A DNA stretch of 52,069 nucleotides from Alphaproteobacteria bacterium (GTDB lineage: Bacteria > Pseudomonadota > Alphaproteobacteria > Rhizobiales > JAKIUO01): contig JAJRRW010000122.1 in NCBI GenBank assembly GCA_024279115.1, positions 1 through 52,069 on the forward strand. The letters are read 5' to 3'. The notes beneath the pieces are model-generated. The model was given only the letters and a program-made list of their open reading frames with translations. It did not search any database and had not been told where the DNA came from. Within the stretch, counting starts at the first letter, position 1. Each line of letters opens with the position of its first letter. The translations under genes and the position numbers were made by a program. Of this stretch, positions 30,233 to 42,200 are shown in pieces.

Positions 30233-30709
30233 ATGGGAAAGACAGCTTTGAGGCTTATCACAACATCACAAAACATCCCTGTCGGCGACGTTACTGCCGG
30301 GACCGGAAATGCGCCCGCGACCCTCGACCTTCATGAAATCGGTCATGGTTTTCACTATTGGGATGGTCTCACCGGGGTACGCTACCTGCATTCTGTCTAT
30401 AGTTTGCAAGATTGCCCCGAATTACCTAAAGCCAATTATATTATGGTACGCAAACTGGATAATGGTGAAGCGATCCCCTTGTTTATCGGTCAGACCATCG
30501 CCGATGCTACTTCCCTGAATTTAGCGCATATTCGTCAAAAAGCGGCGAGGCTTGGTGCCAATGAAATTCATATCCATGTAATGACCGACACACCCACGGA
30601 ACGGGCAGTTGTGGAACGCGATCTTCTCAAAGGCCAATTTCAGCGCATCGAGCATAAATTACGGGCGCAGGCCGCCAATGGTTCGTTTGAAACCGGCTTG
30701 ACGTCTTAG
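30233..30709 (+). CDS. Hypothetical protein, weakly GIY-YIG-like
   Basis: ATG 30233 with AGGGA RBS. Globular 158 aa containing W.G..G.RY, NYI.V, PLFIGQT, LGANEIHIH and R..VE.DL. Confidence 0.7.
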   Translation: MGKTALRLITTSQNIPVGDVTAGTGNAPATLDLHEIGHGFHYWDGLTGVRYLHSVYSLQDCPELPKANYIMVRKLDNGEAIPLFIGQTIADATSLNLAHIRQKAARLGANEIHIHVMTDTPTERAVVERDLLKGQFQRIEHKLRAQAANGSFETGLTS

Positions 30710-30784
30710 GGCACATCTTTGTTCGTAGCCGTTTGCGGATACACAGGGCCGAAAACGGCTCTGGGGTGGTTTGGTGATCGTTTG

Positions 30785-31672
30785 TTATTTGTCCTGTTCG
30801 TCATCGAGAATATTTTGACGGATATGTCTGGTTCTCTCAAATTGGTCAAATAGCTTATCGCCATCGCCGTCTTTGATGGCTTTGGTCAGCGCTCCAAGAT
30901 CGTCATTAAAACGCCCCAGCACTTCAAGTACCGCGTCCTTGTTATGAAGAAACACATCTCGCCACATGGTGGGGTCGGAGGCGGCGATACGCGTGAAGTC
31001 GCGAAAGCCCCCAGCCGCAAATTTAATGACTTCGCGCTTTGTAATGCCCTCAAGGTCATCAGCGGTGCCAACAATATTAAAGGCGATGAGATGGGGCAGG
31101 TGCGAGGTTACCGCAGCCACGACATCATGATGTTCGGCGCTCATGGTCTCGACATTGGCACCACAGGCCTGCCAGAAATCAATCATCTTTGTGGTCGCTT
31201 GCTGATCGCCATCGCGCAGTGGCGTCAACAAACACCATCGATTGTCAAACAGTTCGGCAAATCCAGATTCTGGTCCTGAATATTCGGTACCGGCCATGGG
31301 GTGCCCTGGCACGAAATGGACCCCTGCTGGAATATGGGGGCTACAAGCGGCGATAACCGCGCCCTTCACAGACCCGACATCGGTGACGATGGCTCCTTGT
31401 TTGAGATGAGGCGATATTTGCTCGCAAATAGACCCGCAAATGCCAACGGGAACACACAAAATAATAAGATCGGCATCCTCTACCGCGCGCCCCATATCCT
31501 CGAACACGGCATCAACGAAGCCAATTTTCAATGCCGTCTGGAGCGTTTTTGTCGAGCGAGCATGCCCGACAATTTCCCGGGCGATGCCGCCCCGCTTCAT
31601 GGCATGTCCAAGCGAGGATCCTATGAGGCCAAGGCCGATCAAGGTGACCTTATCAAACAGCGCTTTAGCCAT
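30785..31672 (-). CDS. tyrC: Prephenate/arogenate (cyclohexadienyl) dehydrogenase
   Basis: Motifs GLGLIGSS, DVGSVK, GHPMAGTE, HD...A.TSHLPH and GGFRDFTRIAASDP.MW. Coupled to the hisC stop. Confidence 0.93.
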   Translation of the reverse strand: MAKALFDKVTLIGLGLIGSSLGHAMKRGGIAREIVGHARSTKTLQTALKIGFVDAVFEDMGRAVEDADLIILCVPVGICGSICEQISPHLKQGAIVTDVGSVKGAVIAACSPHIPAGVHFVPGHPMAGTEYSGPESGFAELFDNRWCLLTPLRDGDQQATTKMIDFWQACGANVETMSAEHHDVVAAVTSHLPHLIAFNIVGTADDLEGITKREVIKFAAGGFRDFTRIAASDPTMWRDVFLHNKDAVLEVLGRFNDDLGALTKAIKDGDGDKLFDQFERTRHIRQNILDDEQDK

Positions 31673-32807
31673 TTTGGGGGGCACTCCGGTTTTCATCTGG
31701 GCGCGGGCGATCTGGGTCCATGAATTGCGTCAGCGCTTCAAGGGTCGCGCGACATTCATCTGCACTGCCAATCGTCATGCGCAAAGCATTGGCGAGATGG
31801 TAACTATCCAGCCGACGCAATACAATGCGTTTGGAGATCAGAAAATCATCGGCCTGGTGAGCTGTCCTCTGGCGACCATCTGGAAAATGGATCAGCACGA
31901 AATTACCCACACTTGGTGTCACATTAAGCCCCAGGTCCTGACATTGTTTGGTCACCCATTGGCGCCAGATACGCGTATGGGCGCGCGCTTCTTCAACAAA
32001 TTGCTGGTCCTTTATGGCCGCTGCTCCTGCCTTGATCGCCGGGGCCGAGAGATTAAACGGTCCCCTGATGCGATTGAGCACATCAGCAATCGCTGGAGGA
32101 CAATAGGCCCAGCCTATGCGTAACGATGCCAGACCATATATTTTGGAAAATGTGCGCGTCATGACGACATTGTTGCTTGAGGCCACAAGTTCGATACCGG
32201 CTTCATAATCATTGGCATACACATATTCGGCATACGCGCCATCCAGGACCAGTATAGTATGTTTTGGCAGGCTTTTATGCAATCTTTGCACCTCGTCAAA
32301 CGGGATATAAGTGCCTGTTGGATTATTGGGATTGGCAATGAATACCATTTTCGTTTGCGGACTGACCTTGGCAAGGATCGCATCGACATCAGTGGTAAAG
32401 TTGGTTTCGTGTGCGACAACTGGCGTTGCGCCATTGGCCATGATGGCGATGGGATAGACCAAAAAACCATGCTTTGTGTAGATGGCTTCGTCGCCCGGGC
32501 CAAGATAGGCGTTGGCCAGCAGGCTTAGTAATTCATCGGACCCGGCACCGCACAAAATACGATCAACATTGAGGCCATAGCGCTCTGAAATCGCCTGCCG
32601 TAATTCCAGGCTGGCGCCATCGGGGTAAAATTGTAATTCATTTGCTGCGAGCTTATACGCGGTAATCGCTTTGGGGCTGGCCCCAAACGGCGTCTCGTTC
32701 GAAGACAGTTTGATCACCGTTTGTGTGCCCGGCAATGTGCTTTTTCCCGGCACATAGGGATCAATATCAAAGATCCCGGGTTTTGGTGTGGGCTGATCAC
32801 TGGTCAT
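31665..32807 (-). CDS. hisC: Histidinol-phosphate aminotransferase
   Basis: Motifs KLSSNE, GAGSDE, NPNNPTG, DGAYAEY and RTFSKIYGLA.LRIG. The start is uncertain (32807 or 32846). Confidence 0.95.
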   Translation of the reverse strand: MTSDQPTPKPGIFDIDPYVPGKSTLPGTQTVIKLSSNETPFGASPKAITAYKLAANELQFYPDGASLELRQAISERYGLNVDRILCGAGSDELLSLLANAYLGPGDEAIYTKHGFLVYPIAIMANGATPVVAHETNFTTDVDAILAKVSPQTKMVFIANPNNPTGTYIPFDEVQRLHKSLPKHTILVLDGAYAEYVYANDYEAGIELVASSNNVVMTRTFSKIYGLASLRIGWAYCPPAIADVLNRIRGPFNLSAPAIKAGAAAIKDQQFVEEARAHTRIWRQWVTKQCQDLGLNVTPSVGNFVLIHFPDGRQRTAHQADDFLISKRIVLRRLDSYHLANALRMTIGSADECRATLEALTQFMDPDRPRPDENRSAPQNG

Positions 32808-33238
32808 GCGTTGCAAGTCCTTAAAAGTCTGCGTGTCAGTTTGCACGTTGATAACCTATCGAGCTGTCGAGTGGAAGAAAAGAAATGGTGCGATCGGGCG
32901 CACGATGAACGTATAAGCTTTGTCAGCAGGATCTGCCAGTCATCGGCGCCCCTGGCCCGCACGAGGCGCGCGAAAATTTACATATCGTTCACCAAATGAC
33001 GCAATAGTTAATAAGGTCCTAAGCGTGCGTGTGAGTTAATTTGGGCAAAGCACTGAAAATTAACGATAATAATGGCAAAGTGCCGATATAATTTAGCAGT
33101 AGAGGTGATTCGACCTCAATAGTCAGCATGTAGATTGGCAGCTTAACACGGCCCTAAACGCGTAAACTCACCGGTTTCCAGGCGTTGTCGCGCGTATGAT
33201 GCCAGTTTGATTTCAACTTCATTCATGAGACACTTGCA

Positions 33239-36200
33239 ATGGCCGAAAATGACAGTCCCGCCAAGGGTGCCACCCCCCCCGAAGCTAGCACCAATAGTGG
33301 CGCAGAAACCGTGGTTTCAACCCTGCAGGGTGTAACATCTGGCGAGGGCCGGGTGATTAACAAACCAGAGGCCGGCGCAACGGAAGTGGTGACCGTGCAC
33401 GATGGCGAAAAGCTGTTGTTTGGCTTTTCCATGCAGGATGTAAAGGTCGGGCTGGTCGATGTCGATCTGGTCTTGGAATTTGCCGACGGTGCCAAGATCA
33501 TTTTGCTCGAATTTGGCTTGCAGGTGGTGTCGGAAATCGCGCCCGAAATGATATTCAATGGCGATCTGGTGCTTGCCCAAGAACTGATTTCCAAGCTTGG
33601 CGCCGTTAGTATTAGTGAAGACAAGTCTGAACTGAATTTTTCAACAGATAGCTCGGATAATGTCGCGGAGCAGTCGAACGACAGCCAAAGCGAAGAGGCG
33701 ACCACTCCAGTGGTTGAGATTGTTGAGGTCGAGGCGGCAGAGTTTTCCTCGCCCGATAGTACTGATAGTGCTGGCCCGGCAACGGGTGAGGGGGTTGCTG
33801 AAGAAGAGCGCGCGCGCGTAGAAGAAAATCTGGCGCAAAGTGATAATACGCTGACCCGTCGTGGAGATGATAGCGCATCGGCAAGTTCGGCGCTTGATGA
33901 CGTCTCGAGCAATGATGGTCAATTTGATATTCCGGTGGCCAGTGTGGATATAAGGCTGTTGGGTGTTGCCAAAACCAGCCAGCTCACGCAGTCCAGCGGT
34001 ATCACGGAAATACGGGGCGGCGCGGCTGTTTTGGCAGCCCAGAGCGATGATGACTTTAACGTCCAGCGCACCATCGAAACCATTACCGGCACATCTGGTG
34101 ATGATATCATCTATGCAGATAATCCCGATATTGCTCCCCAGGGTTTCTCTGTGCGCAGGCTCGAGGTCACGGTTGACCTGCCGATCTGAAATTTTATCCC
34201 TGTGAGCGTGAGCATAACCGGCCTTCAGGACGGCGCTACAATTCTGGGGGCAACCCCTGTCAATGATGCCTTTTATCTAACGCCAAGTGCGAGCGATCCA
34301 AATCAGTTTATAGTGGATCTGCAATATATTTTGCCGACGGCAGGGACGCCTTTTGATGCGGATGGTTTTCAAGGTTCCTTCACGCTGACGTTCGAATTCA
34401 GGATTTACAATAGTGCGGCGCAGGAATTTTCCCAGGCATTGGGAACCGCTGAATTTGGCGTGCGCCCCGTTAATATTGAGGCGGATACCGAGGCGGTTAA
34501 CACCAGTACCGGGCAACCGGTTTATGTGTTGGCCAGCAATCCTCCTGGCAATACTGTCGATGCCGGAGATGGCGACGACAAGGTTTTTGGTGCCGCAGGC
34601 GTCGATGTTATCATTGGTGGCAGTGGCATCGACACGATCTCCTATGACATGTCCCATGAAGCGATCACGGTGGATCTTGAGACCCAGATTGTGTCAAGAG
34701 GCTATGCCGAGGGCGATACAATTTCGGGGTTCGAAAATGTAGAAGGGTCTGATTTCGATGATATATTGTCGGGTAGCACTGGCGATAATGTGATTACTGG
34801 CGGGGCGGGGGCCGACGCAATTGATGGCAGTGGCGGCATTGATACTGTTGCCTATGATACATCTGATGCGGGCGTCAGTGTCGACCTGGCGGCTGGCTCT
34901 GGTACTGGCGGCGATGCGCAAGGTGATGTGATCGCCAATATCGAAAATATAACCGGGTCGGACTTTGATGATGTGCTGATCGGCGATGGCGCCAACAATG
35001 TGCTTGATGGCGGTAGCGGAGACGATCGCCTCGAAGGGGGAGCCGGGGCAGATCAGCTCATTGGCGGCGATGGTCTGGATACGGCGGCCTATGCAGGGTC
35101 AGCCAGCGCGGTCGATGTCAATCTGCATCTGGGAACGGCGACTGGCGGCGACGCGGCTGGTGACAGTCTTGCCGAGATTGAAAATATTTCCGGATCTGCT
35201 TATGACGACATATTGACGGGCGACAGCTCCGACAATGTTCTGTCCGGAAATGCTGGCGACGATGTGCTGGCGGGTCTTGGGGGGGCTGACACTCTGGTGG
35301 GGGGAGCCGGGTCTGATACGGCAGATTATAGTCTTTCCGGGGCGGCAGTGACGATAGACCTTCTGGACGGGACAAGCATTGGCGGCGATGCCCAGGGCGA
35401 TCGCTTTGTCGAGATCGAAAATCTTCGCGGCACGGCTTTTGCGGACAGCTTGACAGGGGATGCAGGAGACAATGCTCTGGACGGCGGCGGCGGCGATGAT
35501 ATTTTGACCGGAGGCGCCGGGGCCGACGCGATCACGGGTGGTCTGGGGATCGATACCGTTGACTTTAGTGACAGCACTGATGGGGTGACTGTTGATCTGG
35601 TAACCGGCATTGGTATCGGCGGTGACGCCGATGGCGATAGCTATAGCGGGCTCGAAAATATCACGGGTTCGCATCAAGATGATATTTTACGCGGCGCGGC
35701 CGGGGTCAGCATATTGGAGGGCGGCCTTGGTGATGACATTATTGAAGGTGGGGCAGGTGGCGACCATTTACATGGTGGCGACGGGTCTGATACTGCCAGC
35801 TACGCTCATTCAAGCGGCGCGGTAACGGTTGATCTGTCAACCAATAGTGGCTCGGGTGCCGATGCGGCGGGGGACCTTTACGACAGTATTGAAAACCTCC
35901 TGGGATCAGATTTCGACGATGATTTGCGTGGCAATGCGGAAAATAACAACCTGGATGGCGGCCTTGGTGATGACCGGCTGGCTGGCGGCGCGGGCGCGGA
36001 TGAATTGCGTGGCGGCGGTGGCAGTGACACCGCAGATTATAGCACTTCTGGCGATGGTGTGACAGTCAATCTAGCGCTTAATTCGGGCCTTGGCGGCGAC
36101 GCTGAAGGCGACCGTTATAGCGACATCGAAAATGTCACCGGCTCTGATTATATCGATGTGATTACTGGCCAGGACGATGCCAATCTGCTCGACGGCGGCG

Positions 36201-39200
36201 CTGGCGGCGATACGCTTATGGGGCGCGATGGGGACGACGTCTTGCTTGGGCAGGCGGGGGATGACACGCTGGATGGTGGTGCCGGGGTCGACCAGTTGGA
36301 TGGCGGTAGCGAAAATGACGCGCTGGATGGCGGCGCGGGGGATGATTCGCTGGCTGGCGGCACTGGCGATGATGTGCTGATCGGTGGCGCAGGCGCGGAC
36401 GTGCTGGATGGTGGGGCTGGCATCGACCGCATCGACTATCAAGGATCGGCAAGTGGCGTGACGATCGACCTTGCGGCGGGGACCGGGCTGGGTGGCAATG
36501 CCGCAGGCGATACCATCAGCAATATTGAACAGGTGACCGGCTCCTTTCAGGACGATGATCTGCGCGGCGACGGCGCTGGTAACATCCTTGCTGGATTGCA
36601 GGGAGATGACCGGCTCGAGGGGCGGGCGGGCAATGATATCCTCGATGGCGGCCTTGGCGATGATGTGCTGATTGGCGGGGTGGATGCCGATTTGCTGATT
36701 GGCGGCCTTGGCAGTGATACGGCCGATTATGCCGGATCCGCTGCGGGCGTCACGGTTAATCTTGATACCGCTGCAGGGACCGGTGGCGATGCGGCGGGCG
36801 ATGTCCTGATCGGCATTGAAAATGTCACTGGTTCGGCCTTTGATGATGTGTTGACGGGCGACGCCCAGGGCAATCGTCTGGCTGGCGGCGCGGGAGATGA
36901 TATTCTTGCCGGGGGCGCTGGCGCGGATCATCTGGATGGGGGTGCAGGCTCGGATATTGTTGATTATAGCACATCGAGTGGGGCGGTAACGGCCTATCTG
37001 GATGGGACCGGCGGCGTCGGCGGCGATGCGGCTGGCGACATCATCGCCAATGTGGAACATCTCGTTGGCTCCAACCTTGGCGATCGTCTCGAAGGTGATA
37101 TCACGGATGATATTCTGGAAGGCGGTCTTGGCAATGATGAACTTGTCGGCAGGGCTGGTGATGACAATCTGCTTGGCGGCGATAATGACGATATTTTACG
37201 CGGCGGCACGGGCGATGATGTGCTTGACGGGGGCAGCGGCGATGAGTTGCTCGAAGGTGGTGCCGGCGCGGATGATCTGAGCGGCGGCCTTGGCCGCGAC
37301 CGCGCAGACTATAGCGCCTCGACTGCGGGCGTCACGGTTGATCTTGGGGCGGGAACTGGTATTGGCGGCGATGCGTCAGGTGATGTGCTAAGCGGCATTG
37401 AAGATCTGACTGGCTCGCAACTGGCGGATAATCTGATCGGCGACGCCAATGCCAACCTGTTGCAAGGGCTTGGCGGCGCTGATGTGTTAACGGGCGGTGC
37501 GGGCGACGATGTACTCGATGCGGGGACCGGCGATGACACATTGTCTGGTGGCGCTGGCGCGGATGAGCTGGCGGGAGGCGCGGGCCAGGATACCGCTGAT
37601 TATAGTTTGTCCGCTGCTGGAGTGAACGTTGATCTTGCTGCTGGCACTGGTGTTGGCGGCGATGCCTATGGCGACACGCTGTCATCTATCGAGAATGTTA
37701 CGGGCTCCGCGTTTGATGATGAGCTGCTGGGTGATCGCGACGACAATCGTTTGATCGGTGGCACGGGCGATGATGTGCTCGAAGGCGGCCTTGGTGATGA
37801 TGTGCTCGAAGGCGGGCTTGGCGATGACAGTCTGGAAGGTGGCGCGGGCGCGGACGTTCTGGAAGGCGGTGGCGGCATTGATTCGGCCGATTACGGCTTG
37901 TCCGCCAATGGCGTCATTGTGGATCTTGGCGCAGGTACGGGCATTGGTGGCGACGCCGATGGCGATACATTTATAGATATCGAAAATATCGATGGTTCAA
38001 ATTTCTCCGATACGCTGACCGGTGATGCAAATGTCAATGTGCTCAGGGGAGCTGGCGGTGACGACACCTTGTTTGGCGCGGCAGGCGATGACACCTTGCG
38101 CGGCGGGGCCGGAGACGATGTGCTGATCGGCGGGGCCGGAGCAGATGAGCTGATCGGCGAAAGCGGCACAGATCGCGCTGATTACAGCGCCTCTGGCGCG
38201 GGGGTTACCGTTGATCTGGTGGCGGGTACTGGTCTGGGCGGTGACGCGGCAGGCGATACACTTGCCGGGATTGAAGATGTTCAAGGCTCGAATTTTGCGG
38301 ATGTACTGATCGGCGATAGCGACGATAATATGCTGGCTGGCGGCGCCGGCAATGATGTTCTTACCGGGGCAGCTGGTGCGGATGATTTGCGCGGCGGCGG
38401 CGGCACGGATGAAGCAGATTACTCCACGTCGGCGGCTGGGGTGAGCGTCGATCTTGTCAGTGGCACGGGAGCGGGCGGCGATGCGGCTGGCGATATTCTG
38501 ACAGGCATTGAAAACCTCACTGGCTCCGATCACGCCGATACGCTTATTGGCGATGACAATGACAATGTACTGAGCGGTGGTCTTGGTGCGGATGTGCTGG
38601 CCGGTGGCCTTGGTGCTGATACGCTCGATGGCGGTGGCGGCGTTGATACCGCTGACTATAGCGCGTCGGATTCAGGCGTCACGGTGGATCTGTTTGCTGG
38701 AACCGGCGTTGGCGGTCATGCTCAGGACGATAGCTTTAGCAGCATTGAAAATATTACGGGGTCGGATTTTGCCGATACCATCACGGGCGATGCCGTGGAC
38801 AATTTGCTGATCGGTGGGTCCGGAGATGATGTCATCACCGGCGGCCTGGGCAACGACGATCTGCGCGGCGGCGGCGGCAATGATGATCTGATGGGCGGCG
38901 ATGGCGACGACCTGCTGGAGGGTGGCACCGGTGCCGACCGTCTTGAAGGCGAAGCGGGCGATGATATTTTACTGGGTGAAGCTGGCAATGATGTGCTGGT
39001 TGGCGGTGCAGGCGCGGATGAGCTGACCGGTGGCAGCGGCACGGATGAAGCGGACTATTCGGCCTCTGGGGCTGGCGTTATCGTGGATCTTGCGGCTGGA
39101 TCGGGCCTGGGCGGTGATGCTGCTGGCGATGTTTTGCTGGAGATTGAAAATGTTACCGGTACGGGTTTTGTCGATATTTTGAGCGGCGATGTGGCGGACA

Positions 39201-42200
39201 ATATTCTCGATTCCGGGGCCGGAGCCGATAGCCTGTCTGGGGGGGCTGGTGCCGATACGCTTTTGGCCGGTGCTGATAATGACGCTCTTGAGGGTGGCAG
39301 TGGTGCCGATGATCTTGATGGCGGCGCGGGCGTTGATACGGCTATTTATAGCGGCTCTGCGGCCGGGGTCATTGTTGATTTGGTGACGGGGACCGGGGCG
39401 GGCGGCGATGCCACCGGTGATACGCTGGTCAATATCGAAAATCTCACCGGGTCGGAAAATGCCGACCAGCTGCTGGGGGATGCTTTTGTCAATGTGCTGA
39501 CCGGTGCTGGCGGCAATGATGTGCTGATCGGCCGTGGTGGCGCGGATGAGCTGATCGGCGGCGGTGGATCTGATACCGCGAGCTATGAGGGCTCAGCCAG
39601 CGCTGTGACCGTTGCACTTGATGGTTCGCTTGGTGTGGGGGGCGATGCGCTGGGGGATAGCTATAGCAGCATCGAGAATGTTATTGGCTCAAGTCATGAT
39701 GATACGCTAACGGCGGCGGCTACGACTGGCAACCGGCTGGATGGTGCGGCGGGCGATGATCTGCTTGTATCGGGCATCGGGGCCGATACGCTGATTGGCG
39801 GCGTCGATTTTGACACAGCCGATTATTCTGGCTCCGGCCAGGCGGTGACGGTCAGTCTGGCCAGCGGCACGGGGACTGGCGGTACTGCTGAAGGCGATCA
39901 ACTGTCCTCGATCGAAGCGGTAACCGGGTCTGATTTTGGTGATATTCTGGATGGCAATAATGCGCAAAACACTCTGATTGGCGGCGCTGGTGATGACCGC
40001 ATATCTGGTCGCGGCGGCGCTGATACGCTGGCCGGTGGTGCCGGGACAGATTTTGTAGATTATTCCACCTCGTTGATGGGTGTAACGGTCAATCTTGATA
40101 CCGGCAGTGGCGCTGGCGGCGACGCGCAGGGCGATAGCTTAAGCGGCTTTGAAAACATTATCGGGTCAGAAGCATCCGATGATCTCACCGGCGATGCCGG
40201 GGACAATACGCTGCTGGCAGGCGGCGGCAATGATGTGCTGGACGGCGGTGCTGGCGCTGATAATCTAAGCGGCGGTACGGGCAATGACACCGCTGATTAC
40301 AGCGCCTCTACGGCGGGCGTGACAGTGAATCTGTTCAGCGGCGTGGGCAGCGGTGGTGACGCCCAGGGTGACAGCCTGTCATCGATTGAAAATATTACGG
40401 GTTCCGCATTTGATGACAGTCTGGTTGGCGAGGGCATTGTCAACACCTTGTCGAGTGGTGCGGGGGATGATCTGCTGGAAGGAGCCGGCGGGGCTGACAT
40501 TCTTGATGGCGGCGCTGGTACTGATACGGCTGTCTATACGGCCAGTTTTGCCGGCGTTGATGTCAATCTGGCGAGCGGTGTTGGTGCTGGCGGTGATGCT
40601 CAAGGAGACGTGCTGTCAAATATCGAGAATATTGTCGGCTCGTTGCATGATGATAGTCTGACCGGCGATGCTGGTGCCAATCAGCTAGAGGGCGGCGTCG
40701 GGGATGACCGTCTGACGGGTGGCCTTGGGGCAGATATTCTTGATGGTGGCGCTGACAATGATATTGCCGATTACAGCTCTTCTGTTGATGCGGTGGATGT
40801 CGATCTTCTGGCCGGTACGGCCACAGGCGGCGATGCGGCAGGTGATACGCTGATCAGCATCGAGGGAGTCGGCGGCTCTGCCAATGATGATGTGCTGTCT
40901 GGCGACGCCAATGACAATGTGCTCGAAGGCGGCGCTGGCGATGACCAGCTACTTGGGCGGGGCGGTGCCGATGTGCTGGATGGCGGCGCTGGCAATGATA
41001 CCGCTTTATATACCGGTTCCATTGACGGGGTCAGTGTCGATTTGATCACCGGCCTTGGGGTCGGCGGCGATGCCGCGGGGGATACTCTTGCCAGTATCGA
41101 AAATCTCACTGGTTCTGATCAGGACGATACGCTTGCGGGAAACACCGGAGCCAATGTGCTGGCTGGAGCGGCCGGTCAGGATGTTTTGCTTGGTCGCGGC
41201 GGCGCTGATACCTTGCGCGGCGAGGCCGGCAATGATCGCCTTGATGGGGGCGCGGGGGCCGATACGCTGGTTGGTGGGATTGGAACAGATACGGCGGATT
41301 ATGGTTCTTCGGGGGCTGCGGTCATCGTCGATCTGACATTGGCGACGGGTCTTGGCGGCGATGCGCAAGGCGACACGCTTAGCGAGATCGAGAATATTGA
41401 CGGGTCGGCTTTGGATGATGTGCTGACGGGAGATGCCGGTGACAATCGCCTGGATGGCGGCGATGGCGCAGATATTTTGATCGGTGCCGATGGCGCGGAT
41501 GATTTGATCGGCGGGGCTGGCATAGATACGGCTGACTATCAAGGCGATGCGGGCGGCGTAACGATTGATTTGTCGGCGGGAACGGGCGTTGGAAATTTCG
41601 CTGACGGCGACACGCTTTCGCAAATTGAAAATGTCATCGGCTCATCTGGCGATGATGTCCTGATCGGCGACGTCAACGCCAATCGTCTTGATGGACATGA
41701 TGGCAATGACCGTTTGGTTGGCGGCATTGGGGCGGATGTTCTGATTGGCGGCGCTGGCACGGATGAAGCTGACTACAGCACATCGGGTGCGGCGGTTACG
41801 GTCAATTTGACAACGGGAACCGGCTCTGGCGGCGATGCCGCCGGTGACACGCTGGCGACCATTGAAAATCTGACGGGTTCTGCCAATAACGACACGCTGA
41901 TCGGCGATGCTGGCATTAATACGCTGGCTGGCGGCAGTGGCGATGACGTCTTGTCGGGGCTCGGCGGCGCTGATATTTTACTGGGTGGCGGTGGTACGGA
42001 TGCGGTGGACTATAGCAGCTCCGGGGTCGCTGTGACGGTGGACCTGTCCACCAATACAGGCTCTGGTGGCGATGCCGCAGGCGACACATATACCGATATC
42101 GAAGATGCCATTGGTTCTGGCAACAATGATACGCTGACCGGCAATGCCGGGGTCAATAGCCTGCAAGGCGGTGCGGGGGCAGATATTCTGTTTGGCGGTG

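Noticed and set aside
34187-34260. Selenocysteine codon or alternative genetic code at the RTX TGA
   Set aside because: No evident SECIS hairpin or redox motif. Other genes (helicase, rbbA, arsC, zapA) end at TGA at their expected termini.
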